A DNA stretch of 64,000 nt from Mytilus trossulus (lineage: Eukaryota). Below, in pieces: positions 62,566 through 64,000 of the stretch. A model generated the notes under the pieces. The model saw only the letters and a list, made by a program, of their open reading frames with translations. It was not told where the DNA came from and did not search any database. Within the stretch, counting starts at the first letter, position 1. Every line of letters begins with the position of its first letter. The position numbers and the translations under genes were made by a program. The stretch spans positions 61,070,001 to 61,134,000 of the forward strand of contig NC_086386.1 in assembly GCF_036588685.1 (NCBI RefSeq), given 5' to 3'.

Positions 62566-63021
62566 ACAAGAATGTGTCCACAGTACACGGATGCCCCACT
62601 CGCACTATCATTTTCTATGTTTAGTGGACAGTGAAATTGATATAAATTCTCAAATTTGGCATTAAAATTAGAATGATCTTATCAAGGGAACATGTATACT
62701 AAGTTTCAAGTTGATTGGACTTCTACTTTATCAAAAACTACCTTGACCAAAAACTTTAACCTGAAATTTGCACTATCATTTTCTATGTTTAGTGAACCGT
62801 AAAATTGGGGTAAAAACTCTAATTTGGCATTTAAATTAGAAAGATCAAATCATAGGGCACATGTATACTAAGTTTCAAGTTGATTGGACTTCAACTTCAT
62901 CAAAAACTACCTTGACCAAAAACTTTAACCTGAAGCAGGACAGACGGACGAACTAACAGATGAACAGACGCACAGACCAGAAAACATAATGCCCCTCTAC
63001 TATCGTAGGAGGGGCATAAAA
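62566..63021 (+). mobile_element. Helentron/HINE (DINE-1/pearl-like) element with two 168-bp core repeats
   Basis: gcactatcattttctatg at 62602 and 62770, GACA/GACG microsatellite at ~62938-62978, terminal hairpin atgcccctctactatcgtaggaggggcat. Related decayed copy at ~27640-27985. Confidence 0.78.
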
Positions 63022-64000
63022 TCGTGTATGACAGACAAACTCACAGTGTAATAGTTTTATTTGAGATTAGCTACAGCAAGCAGAAATATACTAAAGTTAG
63101 AGAAGTTTTAAAAAATCAATTCAATAAAAGTCATGCACATATAAGAATCATTTTTAAAGCTTATATAATGTTTTGTCAATATATATAGTATTTAAAATAA
63201 AATAAAATAATAAAAAATATTAAACACCAAAAAAAAACATGTGACAAGCCAATATACAATAAATATTATAACAGATAAGTCAATATTTTAGAAATATTAA
63301 AAACTTAATTGACATGACTCTAAACAGATGTTGTGATGTAACAATATTGATCAGAATATGAACTTTTACATTGTTCCTAAACACATGCAATTCTCCAATG
63401 TATCAACGATAACTTCCATCTCAATGCATGTATATGACTTCTGGGTAAACAAGCACAGTGAACCTTATAATATACATATTGTTATAGTTGCATGTTAGCT
63501 TATGAAAGTGTTACAAACGTCCTTGAAAGTTCACTTCACTGATTTCTTGATAGATATTTTAATTTCACTTTAAAAGCGTATATTATAAACCATGCATTTA
63601 CATATATAACATGTTTAACCTAAAGAAGCTTTAAAATAAAATTTGTCATATGTATGAAACTGCCTTGGTTTTTTTTTTATAGAATTTATGAGAAGCTTAT
63701 AGGTTTTCTAGTTAACTTTTCGTAAATGCATTCAGTTCATTAGCTCTATTTTGTAAAAATCAAACAGAAGAAAAAGAAATTCAATCGATTTCTGGTTTCC
63801 ACATGGATTCTATTGGCATCAAGTATGGATTTACAAGAATTTACTATTTTCTTACTGTATATATAAGTCATGCTTGAATGAACATTTTTTTTTTAACCAG
63901 AGTCTGTATGCTAGTAATGAACTTAGATGCAAATTTACTCAAGTATAAAATGTAGGTCAAGGTGACTTGTATTTTGATTATAAATGATGACACAAAAAAA

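Noticed and set aside
46300-64000. Protein-coding genes in the last 18 kb
   Set aside because: Only short AT-rich ORFs with no recognisable domains. Non-coding protocadherin 5' exons probably lie here, but I cannot place them from sequence alone.

Overview
AT-rich eukaryotic DNA with introns, almost certainly from a mytilid mussel (Mytilus-like). This is inferred from the PL-III protamine-like gene, the tandem C1qDC genes and the repeat families. Host genes: an intronless sperm protamine-like PL-III (phi-1) gene with a histone-type 3' stem-loop (4738-5046); two tandem secreted globular-C1q genes (12552-14556, 22169-23443); a three-exon small heat-shock protein with a mitochondrial-like leader (28249-30067, minus); and a 7-cadherin-repeat delta1-type protocadherin (36612-46144, minus). 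Mobile DNA includes a 5'-truncated CR1/L2-group LINE with an open RT frame, a full tRNA-derived SINE, a solo LTR, several MITEs and Helentron/HINE-like elements. The most unusual part is 15437-21563, between the two C1q genes. There a (TA)n microsatellite has been filled by four unrelated module types separated by (TA)n spacers: a 2.6-kb palindromic Neptune-type Penelope-like element, two non-coding hammerhead-ribozyme modules and a 440-bp tRNA-headed tandem module. All four end in a shared T(T/C)AG(A/G)C-N2-5-TATA motif, which suggests one (TA)n-targeting Penelope machinery and a set of RNA parasites that use it. The region from 46.3 to 64 kb appears to be intronic or intergenic, with only repeats recognisable. 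All coordinates were read by eye and may be off by a few bases.
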